Shown here: positions 19,232 to 29,333 of the stretch, in pieces
Layout of the letters: each line of letters starts with the position of its first letter
How positions within the stretch are numbered: position 1 is the stretch's first letter
Assembly (NCBI RefSeq): GCF_013365435.1
Contig: NZ_CP046577.1
Span: forward strand, 360,001 to 392,000
Reading direction: 5' to 3'
DNA from: Wolbachia endosymbiont of Litomosoides sigmodontis
GTDB taxonomy: Bacteria; Pseudomonadota; Alphaproteobacteria; Rickettsiales; Anaplasmataceae
Length of the DNA stretch: 32,000 nucleotides
Translations under genes and position numbers: made by a program
Notes under the pieces: generated by a model
Told to the model about the DNA's origin: nothing
Seen by the model: the letters and a program-made list of their open reading frames with translations, nothing else
Database searches by the model: none

Positions 19232-19980
19232 ATAAGAAACGGATAGACAATAATGGAAAAAGTGATTTCAATGGTATTGAAATCAAAATTATTGGGTAAA
19301 AGATTGTGGAATCAGCAAAAGAAACGCTGAAGAAAGTACAAAATGATGCATACGTATAAAAAAATTAAATGCTGTAATTGTAGCAAAAAGTATAGTATAA
19401 CAGCTTTAGCAAAAATATATTGCATTTCAAGAACAGCATTTACTGCATGGATAAAGTACCTAAAATTTGAAAGAGAAGAAAAATTATTTGTCTTCAAACA
19501 TCGTAGAAAAACTAAATTGAATTGTGGTAAATTTAAGCAAGTTGAAGTATGAATACAAGAAAACCTTGGAAAATTTGCCTTGAATGTTAGCAAGTTTACA
19601 GTATACTGTAATATGTAAAAAATGAGATTTTTGTATATTACGCCAAGATTGATTCACAATGAGTAAGATAAATGTAGGTAGGGAAGAGTTTAAAAAAACT
19701 TAATGATATTATTGGTAAGTGTCATAGACAAGATTGTTCATCTTTGATGAATCTCGCTTGACATACATTCGAAAGTTGAGCACGGGTATTTTTAAAAGGG
19801 CGTTGGAATACAGGTAAAAGTAAAATTGGGCAGACAAAATTTTTATTTCTACAGTGCACTACAGTTGCTTTACTTAAGAACGTGTTTTGGCAAATTTATT
19901 ACTTTCTCTTTCTTACTTCGCGATTAAACGACTCTGCAATGCTACTTATTTGACTAATTAGCAATGGGGGATTGATATCA
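19217..19980 (+). mobile_element. Decayed IS630/Tc1-like insertion sequence, copy R4, internally deleted (boundaries approximate)
   Basis: TA followed by ccaatttgcactgaataagaaacggatagacaataatgg. The residual frame KKYSITALAKIYCISRTAFTAWIKYLKFEREEK looks like the N-terminal helix-turn-helix of IS630-family transposases. The tail aligns with the R2 and R3 3' parts. Confidence 0.72.
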
Positions 19981-20114
19981 GGTTTATATCAACTGATAAA
20001 ATTGTATAACTTGAGGTGTTTAACTGTAAAAAAACAAAATTTAGTATGCGAAACTACATAATATATTAGTGAATCTTTTTAAAAGTGTATAAAATTCAAT
20101 TTTGAGTAAGGAAC

Positions 20115-21017
20115 ATGGCAGTTAGGTTCACTCCAAGTAATTTCAATATTAAGTTCAGTAAGTATAGAAAATTGACTACATTAATTAGTGTTATTCTTGT
20201 CATTTTTTCGCTTTTTATTGTTGTGTTACGTGGAGTAAATTTAGGCATAGACTTTACAGGTGGAATTTTGATGGAAATAAAATCTTCAAGTGAAGATCAT
20301 ACTATTTTAAATATATTAAAAGAAAGTGGTTTTACGGTGCAGAGTTTAAAAGCTGGTAGTAATTTAGTCATGCGTTTTAAAGAAGAAGGAAATGAGAATA
20401 AAATTAAAAAGATCAAAGATATACTAAAAGAAAAGCTGGGTGACTCAATAAACTATCGTAAAACAGACTACGTTGGCCCACAAATAAGTTCAACGCAGAT
20501 ACTTGAAGGGATTTTGTCTATATTTATTGCAGTTATTGGAATATTTTTTTACGTTTGGTTTAGGTTTAATTGGCAATGTGGATTTGGTGGAACAATAGCA
20601 CTGATTCATGACGTGATTTTAACTGTTGGTTTTATCAGCCTGACTGATATTGAATTTAATATTTCATTAGTTGCAGCTCTCCTTACTGTGATTGGTTATT
20701 CAATCAATAATTCAGTAGTTATATATGATCGGATTCGAGAATGTCAAAAAAGTGATAAAAATAGGCAGATGAGTGATATAGTAGATGCGAGTATTAATGC
20801 TACATTATTTCGCACTGTTTTAACTTCAGGTACAACTCTTCTTGCTGCTATCCCTTTGATATTAATTTGTACAGATGCGGTCAGAGATTTTAGTTTGATT
20901 GTCTTTTTTGGTGTTTTAATTGGCACTTGTTCTGCAATGTTTATCTCTGCTCCTATATTAACTTGTAGAGTCTTAACAAGACTAATTCCCACTGTACAAG
21001 AGACAGATAGACAATAA
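20115..21017 (+). CDS. secF: protein-export membrane protein SecF; the last ~12 codons are supplied by IS copy R5
   Basis: 300 aa. GIDFTGG motif and six-TM SecF topology, with [19 protein letters not shown] typical of SecD/F. No adjacent secD. Confidence 0.9.
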   Translation: MAVRFTPSNFNIKFSKYRKLTTLISVILVIFSLFIVVLRGVNLGIDFTGGILMEIKSSSEDHTILNILKESGFTVQSLKAGSNLVMRFKEEGNENKIKKIKDILKEKLGDSINYRKTDYVGPQISSTQILEGILSIFIAVIGIFFYVWFRFNWQCGFGGTIALIHDVILTVGFISLTDIEFNISLVAALLTVIGYSINNSVVIYDRIRECQKSDKNRQMSDIVDASINATLFRTVLTSGTTLLAAIPLILICTDAVRDFSLIVFFGVLIGTCSAMFISAPILTCRVLTRLIPTVQETDRQ

Positions 21018-21675
21018 TGAAAAAGAAGCCGTGCTGAAATAATACTAATTCTCAAGCAAAGCAATTGTATTACAGACTTTATTACGCAAAATGTTCTATT
21101 TTATATATAGAATCAAAGTCGCTTAATACACTAGAACTCTCTCTATTTCTAGGGTTAACTGCACTGTAAAAATAAAAATTTTGTCTGCCTAATTTTACTA
21201 ACCTTTGTTTTAACGTCTTTTCTAAAAAATATGGTCCAACTTTTAAATGTGTGTCAATTTTGCATATTGCAGTGTACTATAGACTTGCTGACATTTAAGC
21301 TAAGTTTTTCTTGGGTTCTTATTCTCATTTCTTTTATGGTAATATTAATTTTTTATATCCATGCTTCAACTTGTTAAACCTGATTCAATCTAATTTTTCT
21401 GCGACGTTGAAGGTAAACAATTTTACTTCTCTTCTAAATTCTAGGTGCTTTATTTATGTAGTCAATGCTATTTTAAAAATGCAACATATTTTTGTTACAG
21501 CTGTTATACTATGCTTTTTGCTGCAGTTACAGCATTTAGTTTTTTTGCACATATGCATATTTTGCACTTTCTTCAGCATTTCTTTTAATGATTTCACAAC
21601 TTTTTTATCTAATGATTTTGATGTCAATGTCATTTAAACCTTGCTATTTTACCATACTTCAGTGTAGCTCTCCCC
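20981..21675 (-). mobile_element. Decayed IS630/Tc1-like insertion sequence, copy R5, internally deleted and truncated at the far end (boundaries approximate)
   Basis: Begins actaattcccactgtacaagagacagatagacaataatgaaaaagaagccgtgctgaa (terminal repeat), then continues as the reverse complement of the R2/R3 3' parts (ctcaagcaaagcaattgtattacagactttatta...). Confidence 0.72.
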
Positions 21676-21862
21676 CGTTTAGTGAAGAATTACTATTAGT
21701 AGCAAATTGGATGATAAAAAGTGGCTTACTGTTAAAATTTGAGACCATTAAAATAAATTTTAAAGATTAGCATTAAAGGTTATTATTGAAAATAAGTAAA
21801 TTTTATTGTCTTGGTACAATATTTAGTATACTATTTAAGGAGATACATTTAGCTTAAGTTTT

Positions 21863-23581
21863 ATGTCAGAAACAAGAAATCTAGTTTTGGCAGCTATACT
21901 TTCCATGTTGATTATGATATCTTGGCGCATTATTTACGATAACTTTTTCAACGAAGCTCAAAATTATTCATCAATTGAAAACATTGAACACATAGAGTCT
22001 TTTAACGATCTTGCTCCCATAATACATCAAAGCCGTTACGAAATTATTAATTCCACTCGAGAACAAAGAATTAATTTAACCAATAATATGCTCAAAGGGT
22101 CAATTTCTTTAAAAGGTGCAAGGTTTGATGACTTAATTTTAACTAATTACCACTTAGAACCAGATCTTTCTTCCCCACAGGTAGTATTGCTATCACCTGC
22201 AGAATCGAAAGATGTATATTTTGCAGAATTTGGATGGCTCGATCCAAGTGGTAAGGTAAAAGTTCCAGATTCCAAGACAGTCTGGCAAGCAGATAAAACT
22301 GAACTTACTAACCAAAAGGCAATCAATTTATTTTGGAATAATGAAAATGGCATTGTGTTTAAGATGAGGGTTAGCCTTGATAATAACTACATGTTTAAAG
22401 TTGAGCAAGTTGTTGAAAATAATACAAATGGTGATATAGTTTTGGTTCCTTATGGTAAAATTAATCGTAAACGTGATAGTATTAATGAGTCTTATTGGAT
22501 ATCACATGAAGGTGTGCTAGGTGCATTTGATAATAAACTAGAAGAGTGGACATATAAAAATATTGCCAAGAAACATTTAATAAAAACAAGCACAAGTAAA
22601 AAAAACTGGTTTGGTTTTGCTGATAAATACTGGCTTACAGCTATCATACCTGAAGGGTCTGACAAAACAAATGTAAGCATTAAACATACGAGTGCTAACG
22701 GTATTGATAAATTTCAAGTGGATTTTGCTAAACCTCGCAAGAACATACTTTCCGGTACTAGTGCTTCTAATGTGAATTACTTTTTTGCTGGAGCAAAAAA
22801 GCTGAATTTGCTGGATTACTATAAAAGTATTCTCAACATACCTTTATTTGATAAAGCTGTGGATTTTGGTGTTCTTTACTTTATAACCAAGCCGGTGTTT
22901 TTACTGCTTGAATATTTTAACTTTGTTTTAAGGAATTTTGGCCTAGCAATATTGTTACTGACTTTAGTAATTAAGCTTTTTATGCTTCCTTTATCCAATA
23001 AATCACATATTTCAGTGTTTAAAATGAAAAGCTTGCAACCTGAAATAGCTCGTATAAAAGAGTTATATAAAAATGATAGCTTAAAGCAACATAAGGAAAC
23101 AATTGCATTGTTCAAAAGAAACAATGTGAATCCAATATCAAGCATTCTTCCTATAATAATACAAATACCAGTATTTTTTGCTTTATATAAAGTATTATTT
23201 GTTACTATAGAAATGAGGCATGCTCCTTTTTGTTTGTGGATTAAGGATCTTTCAGCCCCTGATCCAACGAACATTTTTACATTATTTGGGTTATTTAATT
23301 ATAACTTTCCTATTTCTATAGGTATCTTGCCTATAATTTTAGGTATTACCATAATGATTCAGCAAAAGATCGGTAAAAGAGATCAGACCAACAAGGATGA
23401 TATTCAAGCCAGTGTTATGAAAATTTTTCCTTACATTTCTATCTTCATTTTCTCTTCTTTTCCTGCCGGTTTGATAACATATTGGATATTTAGTAATATC
23501 ATAACTTTAATTCAGCAATCATTAATAAAATTGTTTTTAGCAAGAAAGGCGGAAATAAATGTTGAAAATACTAATAGTTAA
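21863..23581 (+). CDS. yidC: membrane protein insertase YidC
   Basis: 572 aa. N-terminal TM helix, large periplasmic P1 domain, and C-terminal 60-kDa IMP core ([62 protein letters not shown]). Confidence 0.93.
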   Translation: MSETRNLVLAAILSMLIMISWRIIYDNFFNEAQNYSSIENIEHIESFNDLAPIIHQSRYEIINSTREQRINLTNNMLKGSISLKGARFDDLILTNYHLEPDLSSPQVVLLSPAESKDVYFAEFGWLDPSGKVKVPDSKTVWQADKTELTNQKAINLFWNNENGIVFKMRVSLDNNYMFKVEQVVENNTNGDIVLVPYGKINRKRDSINESYWISHEGVLGAFDNKLEEWTYKNIAKKHLIKTSTSKKNWFGFADKYWLTAIIPEGSDKTNVSIKHTSANGIDKFQVDFAKPRKNILSGTSASNVNYFFAGAKKLNLLDYYKSILNIPLFDKAVDFGVLYFITKPVFLLLEYFNFVLRNFGLAILLLTLVIKLFMLPLSNKSHISVFKMKSLQPEIARIKELYKNDSLKQHKETIALFKRNNVNPISSILPIIIQIPVFFALYKVLFVTIEMRHAPFCLWIKDLSAPDPTNIFTLFGLFNYNFPISIGILPIILGITIMIQQKIGKRDQTNKDDIQASVMKIFPYISIFIFSSFPAGLITYWIFSNIITLIQQSLIKLFLARKAEINVENTNS

Positions 23582-23987
23582 CTCAATTTATTATACTGAA
23601 GTAGCAAACCTTTTGCTTGAAGGTGCAACAGATAAATTAAAAGGCAGTAATGCTAGTTATAATGTAATTAAAGTTCCTGGTACATTTGAAATACCGGCAG
23701 CAATTCTTTTTGCACTCAAGAGTAAGCATGTTAACTATGATGGTTATTTAGCTCTTGGGTGTATAATTCGTGGTGAGACAGATCATTATCAATACGTTTG
23801 TAAAGGAGTGATCGAAGGCTTGAATGAAGTTGTTATGCATAATATAGTACCTCTTGGTATGGGTATAATCACCGCTGATAGTGAAGATAAGGCTCTAGTA
23901 AGGGCTGATAAAGATAAAAAGAATGTTGGTGGTCACGCAGCCTCAGCTGTTTTACATATGGTAGATTTATATAATAAATTAAGGTAA
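23559..23987 (+). CDS. ribH: 6,7-dimethyl-8-ribityllumazine synthase
   Basis: 142 aa. [27 protein letters not shown] and [14 protein letters not shown] match lumazine synthase. Overlaps the yidC 3' end by 23 nt and shares a TAATG junction with nusB. Confidence 0.9.
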   Translation: MLKILIVNSIYYTEVANLLLEGATDKLKGSNASYNVIKVPGTFEIPAAILFALKSKHVNYDGYLALGCIIRGETDHYQYVCKGVIEGLNEVVMHNIVPLGMGIITADSEDKALVRADKDKKNVGGHAASAVLHMVDLYNKLR

Positions 23988-24469
23988 TGGAGAAAGAGCC
24001 TATAGAAAAAAAGTGGCGTACAAAAAGAAGTGCAGCAAGATTTCTTGCTGTGCAAGTTGCTTACTCAAATATTTTTATAGGTTATGACGAAAGCACTTTT
24101 GGGTTGGAGAACTGTGAGCTTAAAAACTATGTAAGTAAGTTAGCAGATATTTTTGAATGCGAAGAATTTGATCATCAATTTTTAGAAAAACTGTTATATA
24201 AAGTTATAAGGAACAGTGAAGAATATGATAAAATAATAGAGTATTATTTACATCCAAGTTGGTCTCTTTCACGGTTAAATCTCATAAGCTTATCTATTTT
24301 GCGTGTTGCAATATGTGAATTAGCCAATTGTGATACGCCAGCTCCAATTGTTATCAATGAGTATACTAACATTGCTTCCGATTTACTTGATAAACTAAGC
24401 GAAATTGGTTTCATTAATGGGTTGTTGGATAGAGCAAAATGTTCAGTTAAGCTAAGTAAAAATTCTTGA
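23987..24469 (+). CDS. nusB: transcription antitermination factor NusB
   Basis: 160 aa. [15 protein letters not shown]-terminal signature, classic ribH-nusB adjacency, and C-terminal [13 protein letters not shown] helix. Confidence 0.85.
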   Translation: MEKEPIEKKWRTKRSAARFLAVQVAYSNIFIGYDESTFGLENCELKNYVSKLADIFECEEFDHQFLEKLLYKVIRNSEEYDKIIEYYLHPSWSLSRLNLISLSILRVAICELANCDTPAPIVINEYTNIASDLLDKLSEIGFINGLLDRAKCSVKLSKNS

Positions 24470-24602
24470 TAATGTGTTAGTACTTGAGCACTAGTAGCAA
24501 AAAGAAAAAAACTTAAATGATAGAAGAATAGTCCAAAAGGACTTTTATCTTCTTTAAGATCTATGATAGACTGATATGAATTGTTGAACTATAATGTAAT
24601 AA

Positions 24603-24866
24603 ATGGTAAAAGACGGAAAATTGAAAACACTTTTTGAAGTAGAAGGAGTAGTAACTGCTTTATTACCCTCAGCAGAATTTAAAGTGAAGTTGAATAACGG
24701 GCATGAGATCATTTGTCATGTATCAGGGAAAGTAAGAAGAAGTAAAGTACGCATCTTTATTGGAGATAGAGTGTTAGTAGAGATGAGCATTTATGATAGG
24801 AATGCAAAAAATGGTAGGATAACTAGAAGGCTTAAAGGTACAGGTGATAGAACAATCTCTAAATAA
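24603..24866 (+). CDS. infA: translation initiation factor IF-1, slightly extended at both ends
   Basis: 87 aa. S1-like core EGVVTALLPSAEFKVKLNNGHEIICHVSGKVRRSKVRIFIGDRVLVEMSIYD. The 3' end overlaps maf by 23 nt. Confidence 0.9.
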   Translation: MVKDGKLKTLFEVEGVVTALLPSAEFKVKLNNGHEIICHVSGKVRRSKVRIFIGDRVLVEMSIYDRNAKNGRITRRLKGTGDRTISK

Positions 24867-25440
24867 CCTTATTCTTGCTTCATCATCAGAAAGGCGTATA
24901 GCTTTACTAAAACAAATAAATATTGAGCCAGGTTTAACTTTGCCAGCAGATATAGATGAAACTCCTTTAAAAAGGGAACTTCCAAAGAATTACTCAATCC
25001 GCATGGCAAAAAGCAAAGCTGAAAAAATACAAAATTCAAATCCAAATTATTTTGTGCTCGGTGTTGATACAGTAGTTGCTTGTGGTAGAAGAATCTTGCT
25101 TAAAGCTAAAAATATTGAGCAAGCAGAAAGATGTATCCGTTTGTTATCTGGACGAAGGCATAGGGTGTATACTAGTGTATGTTTATTAACTCCTGATCGA
25201 TCCAAAGAACATATCAGAACTGTAGTTACAATAGTAAAATTTAAACGTCTAAGTGAACAAGAAATTAAGTACTATTTAGCGTCAGAAGAATGGAAAAATA
25301 GGGCAGGGGGGTGCAACATGCAAGGCTTAGCTGGAATATTCGTGTTGTTTCTACGTGGCTCCTATTCATCTATTATAGGATTACCATTATATGAAACCTA
25401 TTGTTTGCTAAGTAATTACTTTAACCTTAATTTATATTGA
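24844..25440 (+). CDS. maf: Maf-like nucleoside triphosphate pyrophosphatase / septum formation inhibitor
   Basis: 198 aa with a GTG start. LILASSSERRIALLKQ, GVDTVV, AGGCNMQGLAG and IIGLPLYE are Maf family motifs. Confidence 0.88.
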   Translation: MIEQSLNNLILASSSERRIALLKQINIEPGLTLPADIDETPLKRELPKNYSIRMAKSKAEKIQNSNPNYFVLGVDTVVACGRRILLKAKNIEQAERCIRLLSGRRHRVYTSVCLLTPDRSKEHIRTVVTIVKFKRLSEQEIKYYLASEEWKNRAGGCNMQGLAGIFVLFLRGSYSSIIGLPLYETYCLLSNYFNLNLY

Positions 25441-26400
25441 CATACCTTATATCTTTTTCTTGTCATTTCTTAATGTGTTTAGTCCAAGGCAATTCTCTGT
25501 TTTTGTTGGCTAATGCGATTCTATTTCGATTATAAATATCAGTATATTCTGCTGAAGTACCTTCTACTATTTCTTCTATTACTCCACAACTTCCAGTTGG
25601 GCTTTATCTTTTTCTAGCAATTTGTATAGCTCTTTATTTTTATTTTATCTATAGTCGGACTAATGTTGGCATTCTTACTGGCAGATTCTGTAAGTAGAGC
25701 GTTATAGTGGTTAATATAAGTTGAAGATAAATAGTCAGAATCTTTTACATTTTTGGCGAATAAGTAGAAAGTGGCTGTACGCTAGTGGCAGCTTCTGCCA
25801 TTGTTTTCACACTGTTAAAAACAGTCTTTCAGGGTCCAGCTTCTATTGGGTATTTTTTAGTTTGTGAATTAGCGTAGCGTGCCTTAGAGCTGATTTGTTT
25901 TAACTTATAATTCTTTTGACTTAGTCTTTGCTCAAGCTCCTTGAATAAGGTTAGGTTATTTACATTATTTCTATTGTGCTAACTGAAGATAGAAGCTTGT
26001 CAATAGAAATACTTCTTTGCTTTTAATGGATCTTTTAACTGCTCTTGAGTCATATTACTTTCAAAAAATTTTATGCCTTTGGCATCAATATTAATCTTGA
26101 TAATACACTTCCTTCCTATTGTACTAATTCAAAGTCATTTCATATCAATCATCAATTACGACATAATACCTTACTTTTTTCTTATCTTTCCCTTTTCCTT
26201 TCTCAGCAATAAAACCGTGCATTTCGCTCTTTTTATCGCCATGCAACGTTGAAAATTAAGAATCCCATTCTTTCTATTAAAGACTTTACTATATTAAAAT
26301 CAACCATAGCATTATAAATAGGATCACGTTCCTTTTTTATTTTATCAAATAAAGAAAAAAATTCTTGCTGTATATTTTCAATGTTCATATTCTTCCTCAC
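25441..26400 (-). pseudogene. Eroded gene remnant(s) of unknown family
   Basis: ~1 kb with no ORF of 60 aa or more on either strand, next to compact operons. Minus-strand reading gives protein-like stretches (MNIENIQQEFFSLFDKIKKERDPIYNAMVDFNIVKSLIERMGF; GDKKSEMHGFIAEKGKGKDKKKVRYYVVIDD; INIDAKGIKFFESNMTQEQLKDPLKAKKYF; IEEIVEGTSAEYTDIYNRNRIALANKNRELPW) separated by stops and frameshifts. Confidence 0.4.
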
Positions 26401-26529
26401 TAATAATCCTCTGTTTTTAGCTTTATCTGGTATAATTATTACAGGAATTAGTTGAATTTTTGTTAAAAGAGGTTGTATTGCAGATATTATGGCATGAATT
26501 ATCTTATGCCAATTCTTGTTCTTGGGGAT

Positions 26530-27035
26530 GTAACATTTAAGATAGAACTCTCTCCATTTCTAAGATTAACTGCACACTATAGAAATAGAAATTTTGTCTA
26601 CTTCTAAATGTGTGTAAACTGTGATTCATTAAAGGAAAATAACTCTAATAGTCTCATTAAAATTTTTTAAAACTCTTTCTGTTTACCTTTTCATTGTAAA
26701 TTAGTCTTGGTATAGTATAAGGAAACTTCATTTTTTGCATATTACGTTGTACTGTAAATTTTCTGACATTTAAGCTAAAAATTTCCCTTAGATTCTTATT
26801 TTCATTTCTTCAATGGTAATATTAAGGTTTCTTGTATCAATACTTCAACTTGTTCAAATTGACTCTGATTTAATCTGGTTTTTCTATGATGTTGATGAGG
26901 AATAATAATTTTTCTTTATTTTCTAAATTTTAGGTGCTTTATCTATATAGTCAATGTTATTCTTAAAATGCAGCATATTTTTGTTACAGCTATTATACTA
27001 TTATTATCTATCCGTTTCTTATTCGGTAGGAATAA
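26530..27035 (-). mobile_element. Decayed IS630/Tc1-like insertion sequence, copy R6, 5'-truncated fragment (boundaries approximate)
   Basis: gaactctctccatttctaagattaactgcaca... aligns with R1 and R5. It ends ttattatctatccgtttcttattcggtagg, the reverse complement of the R4 terminus gaataagaaacggatagacaataa. Confidence 0.7.
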
Positions 27036-27396
27036 GTATTAGAATCTGTACATGATTTTATAGATTACGTTAACAAGTAGCGGAATGATGTTTTTTACTT
27101 AGTTGTAAATTTTAAAGAAATTTACTTAATAAAAAGGTAAGCGCTATAGTAATTTGCTGACACTTAGTTTAAGCGTGATTTAGTTAAACATAAAAGAATT
27201 TAAAAGGCATGCAGCCACCATAATTTGGTGTAATTTGCTAAAAAATTTCTTGGTAACAAAGTTGTTGAAATTTGTCGAGTTAGTTTTTTTTCATTTTTAT
27301 GAAATGCTTGAATGACTGATAACAGTCAAAAAGTCTATTATTTTATGCTTGCATAGAAAGCAACAAAAATGACAAATAATCTAAAAATATAGCAAT

Positions 27397-29157
27397 TTAT
27401 TTTTGAATAAACTCCATTTGCATTTCTCGTATATTACTTTCTATTTGCTCTATTTGTTCTATCAGTCTTTCCTCTAAGTCAAAATCACCTCCTAGCCTTG
27501 CTTCGATTCTTTCTTTTTGTAATGTATTTAATACTTTCTGTAACACTATGTTATTCCATACAATTTTCGCAGATTGTTCTGTGTTCAATTGATTATTGAG
27601 TACGCTAGTCTTTTTAAATATAAACTTTATGGTTTCATCAATGTTAAACTGTTCTAGCTCTTGTAATAAAACCTTTTTGTTGAGCTCACGTCCACTATTT
27701 GCTACGTTAATTATGTGCTGTTGCAATCTTTTTATTTTAGCATTAGTAAATTTAAAATGGGAAAATTGCTCAAAATATATAGGTTGATTCAAGATGTCAG
27801 GAAATTCTAGGATTATACGTAGAATTATGGCTTGATTTTGTTCTGCTTCAATTAATTCTGGAGATTTGTTATAAAGATATTCACTTTTTCTTACTCTTGT
27901 TTTATTATTAAAAATCTTCTTTTTGAAATTGTTTCTTAGCTCACTAGTCTTATTATAAAAGTAATCTCTATAATACCTTCTAATACTGCTGTTACTGATA
28001 GCATTGACATATTGCATGAACTTGTGTTCAAGAATTGAATATTTTTCTGGGACAAGTTTCTCATAGTTTTGCAAATTGCTATCGATTATGTGATGCCATA
28101 AATATTCAGAATGAAGTTTTGTTGAATAGTTAAGCGCAGAGAGTATGGTTTCTTTCTTATATTTTAGCTCATTACATACATCATATGGATCTTTATCGGT
28201 CGGCAAAGTCACAAATTTTAACGTATACCCAAGCTCTAATATTGGCAGAGCAAGTTTTGCAACTCTGATTGCGGCATTACGTCCAGCACTATCACCGTCC
28301 ATACAGATGGAGATTTCTTTAGCAAATCTCCATAGATTTTTTATTTGTTCTGCAGAAATTATAGTACCTAGTGGAGCAACTGTATTGCTAATTCCTGTTT
28401 GATGCAGTGCTATCACATCCATATATCCTTCAACAACAAATACATGCTGTTTTTTGCGTATTTCACTTAAAGCAAAATTTAACCCGTATAGGTTTTCTCT
28501 TTTCTTGAATAGCTGGCTTTCTGGGCTGTTTAAATATTTTGGCTGTTGTTCAGAACTCAGCGTGCGTCCTCCAAAACCGATAACTTTTCCTGCGATGTTG
28601 CATATAGGAAATATCAGCCGATTACTAAAATAATCACGAGAATTCTTATTTATTAATCCAACATCAATTAGAATTTTGTCCTCAATATCCAAGGAATTTA
28701 AATATTCTTTCAAACCAGAACTTGGTGCATAGCCTACTTTAAATTTATCTATGATTTCAGGCAAGATCTTGCGCTGCTTTAGATAAACTATAACACCTTT
28801 ATTTTTTTGTATAAACCAACTTGTAGCTAAATTTAGCGTTGAAAGAAATTTACTGTTCTTTTCAGTGACATTACGATTTTTAGGTAACTCAACACCTACA
28901 ACTGATGCCAGCTTTTCTAGTGCTTCTTTAAAACTCAGCCCCTCAGTTTGTGAAATGAAATTGAATATATCACCATGAGCAGAACAACCAAAGCAGTAAT
29001 ACGATCCTTTAGTATTACTCACCGAAAAAGATGGTGTTTTTTCATTATGAAATGGACAGAGTCCAATAAAATTATTTCCTCTTTTTGTTAACTTGACTTT
29101 CTTGCATACTATATCGGATAATAATAACCTTGATTTTATAACATCTATATAGCCCAT
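27397..29157 (-). CDS. dnaG: DNA primase DnaG
   Basis: 586 aa. Zinc-ribbon CPFHNEKTPSFSVSNTKGSYYCFGCSAHGD and TOPRIM domain VVEGYMDVIALHQTG ... DGDSAGRNA. Confidence 0.95.
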   Translation of the reverse strand: MGYIDVIKSRLLLSDIVCKKVKLTKRGNNFIGLCPFHNEKTPSFSVSNTKGSYYCFGCSAHGDIFNFISQTEGLSFKEALEKLASVVGVELPKNRNVTEKNSKFLSTLNLATSWFIQKNKGVIVYLKQRKILPEIIDKFKVGYAPSSGLKEYLNSLDIEDKILIDVGLINKNSRDYFSNRLIFPICNIAGKVIGFGGRTLSSEQQPKYLNSPESQLFKKRENLYGLNFALSEIRKKQHVFVVEGYMDVIALHQTGISNTVAPLGTIISAEQIKNLWRFAKEISICMDGDSAGRNAAIRVAKLALPILELGYTLKFVTLPTDKDPYDVCNELKYKKETILSALNYSTKLHSEYLWHHIIDSNLQNYEKLVPEKYSILEHKFMQYVNAISNSSIRRYYRDYFYNKTSELRNNFKKKIFNNKTRVRKSEYLYNKSPELIEAEQNQAIILRIILEFPDILNQPIYFEQFSHFKFTNAKIKRLQQHIINVANSGRELNKKVLLQELEQFNIDETIKFIFKKTSVLNNQLNTEQSAKIVWNNIVLQKVLNTLQKERIEARLGGDFDLEERLIEQIEQIESNIREMQMEFIQK

Positions 29158-29333
29158 CTTATTGAATTAGTAATAGGACAAAAATTATACAGAATTTATT
29201 TATATCTGGCTTAAAATTTATTTTAAGCTTCAGAATTTCAAAAAGATTAAGAGTATTTGGTGGCTTGACAGAAAGCTTAAAATGAATTATCCATATTTAG
29301 ATGTCTTTAAGCCATGCAAGATCATTTTCTTAT

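Noticed and set aside
22243-22300. yidC segment gatccaagtggtaaggtaaaag...tccaagacagtctggcaagc superficially resembling the ccmF/metG in-frame element
   Set aside because: The encoded [19 protein letters not shown] corresponds to a normally conserved part of the YidC periplasmic domain with no extra length. The similarity is limited to short words.
24530-24552. Hairpin agtcc-aaaa-ggact followed by tttatcttc after nusB, as a possible intrinsic terminator
   Set aside because: The stem is only 5 bp with low GC and the T-tract is interrupted. This is too weak to call in an AT-rich genome.
29265-29293. TTGACA (29265-29270) with a 17-bp spacer to tatcca in the dnaG / rpiB-ubiG divergent spacer, as a promoter
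   Set aside because: The -10 hexamer matches the consensus at only 3 of 6 positions and lacks the invariant final T, so it is not supportable from sequence alone.
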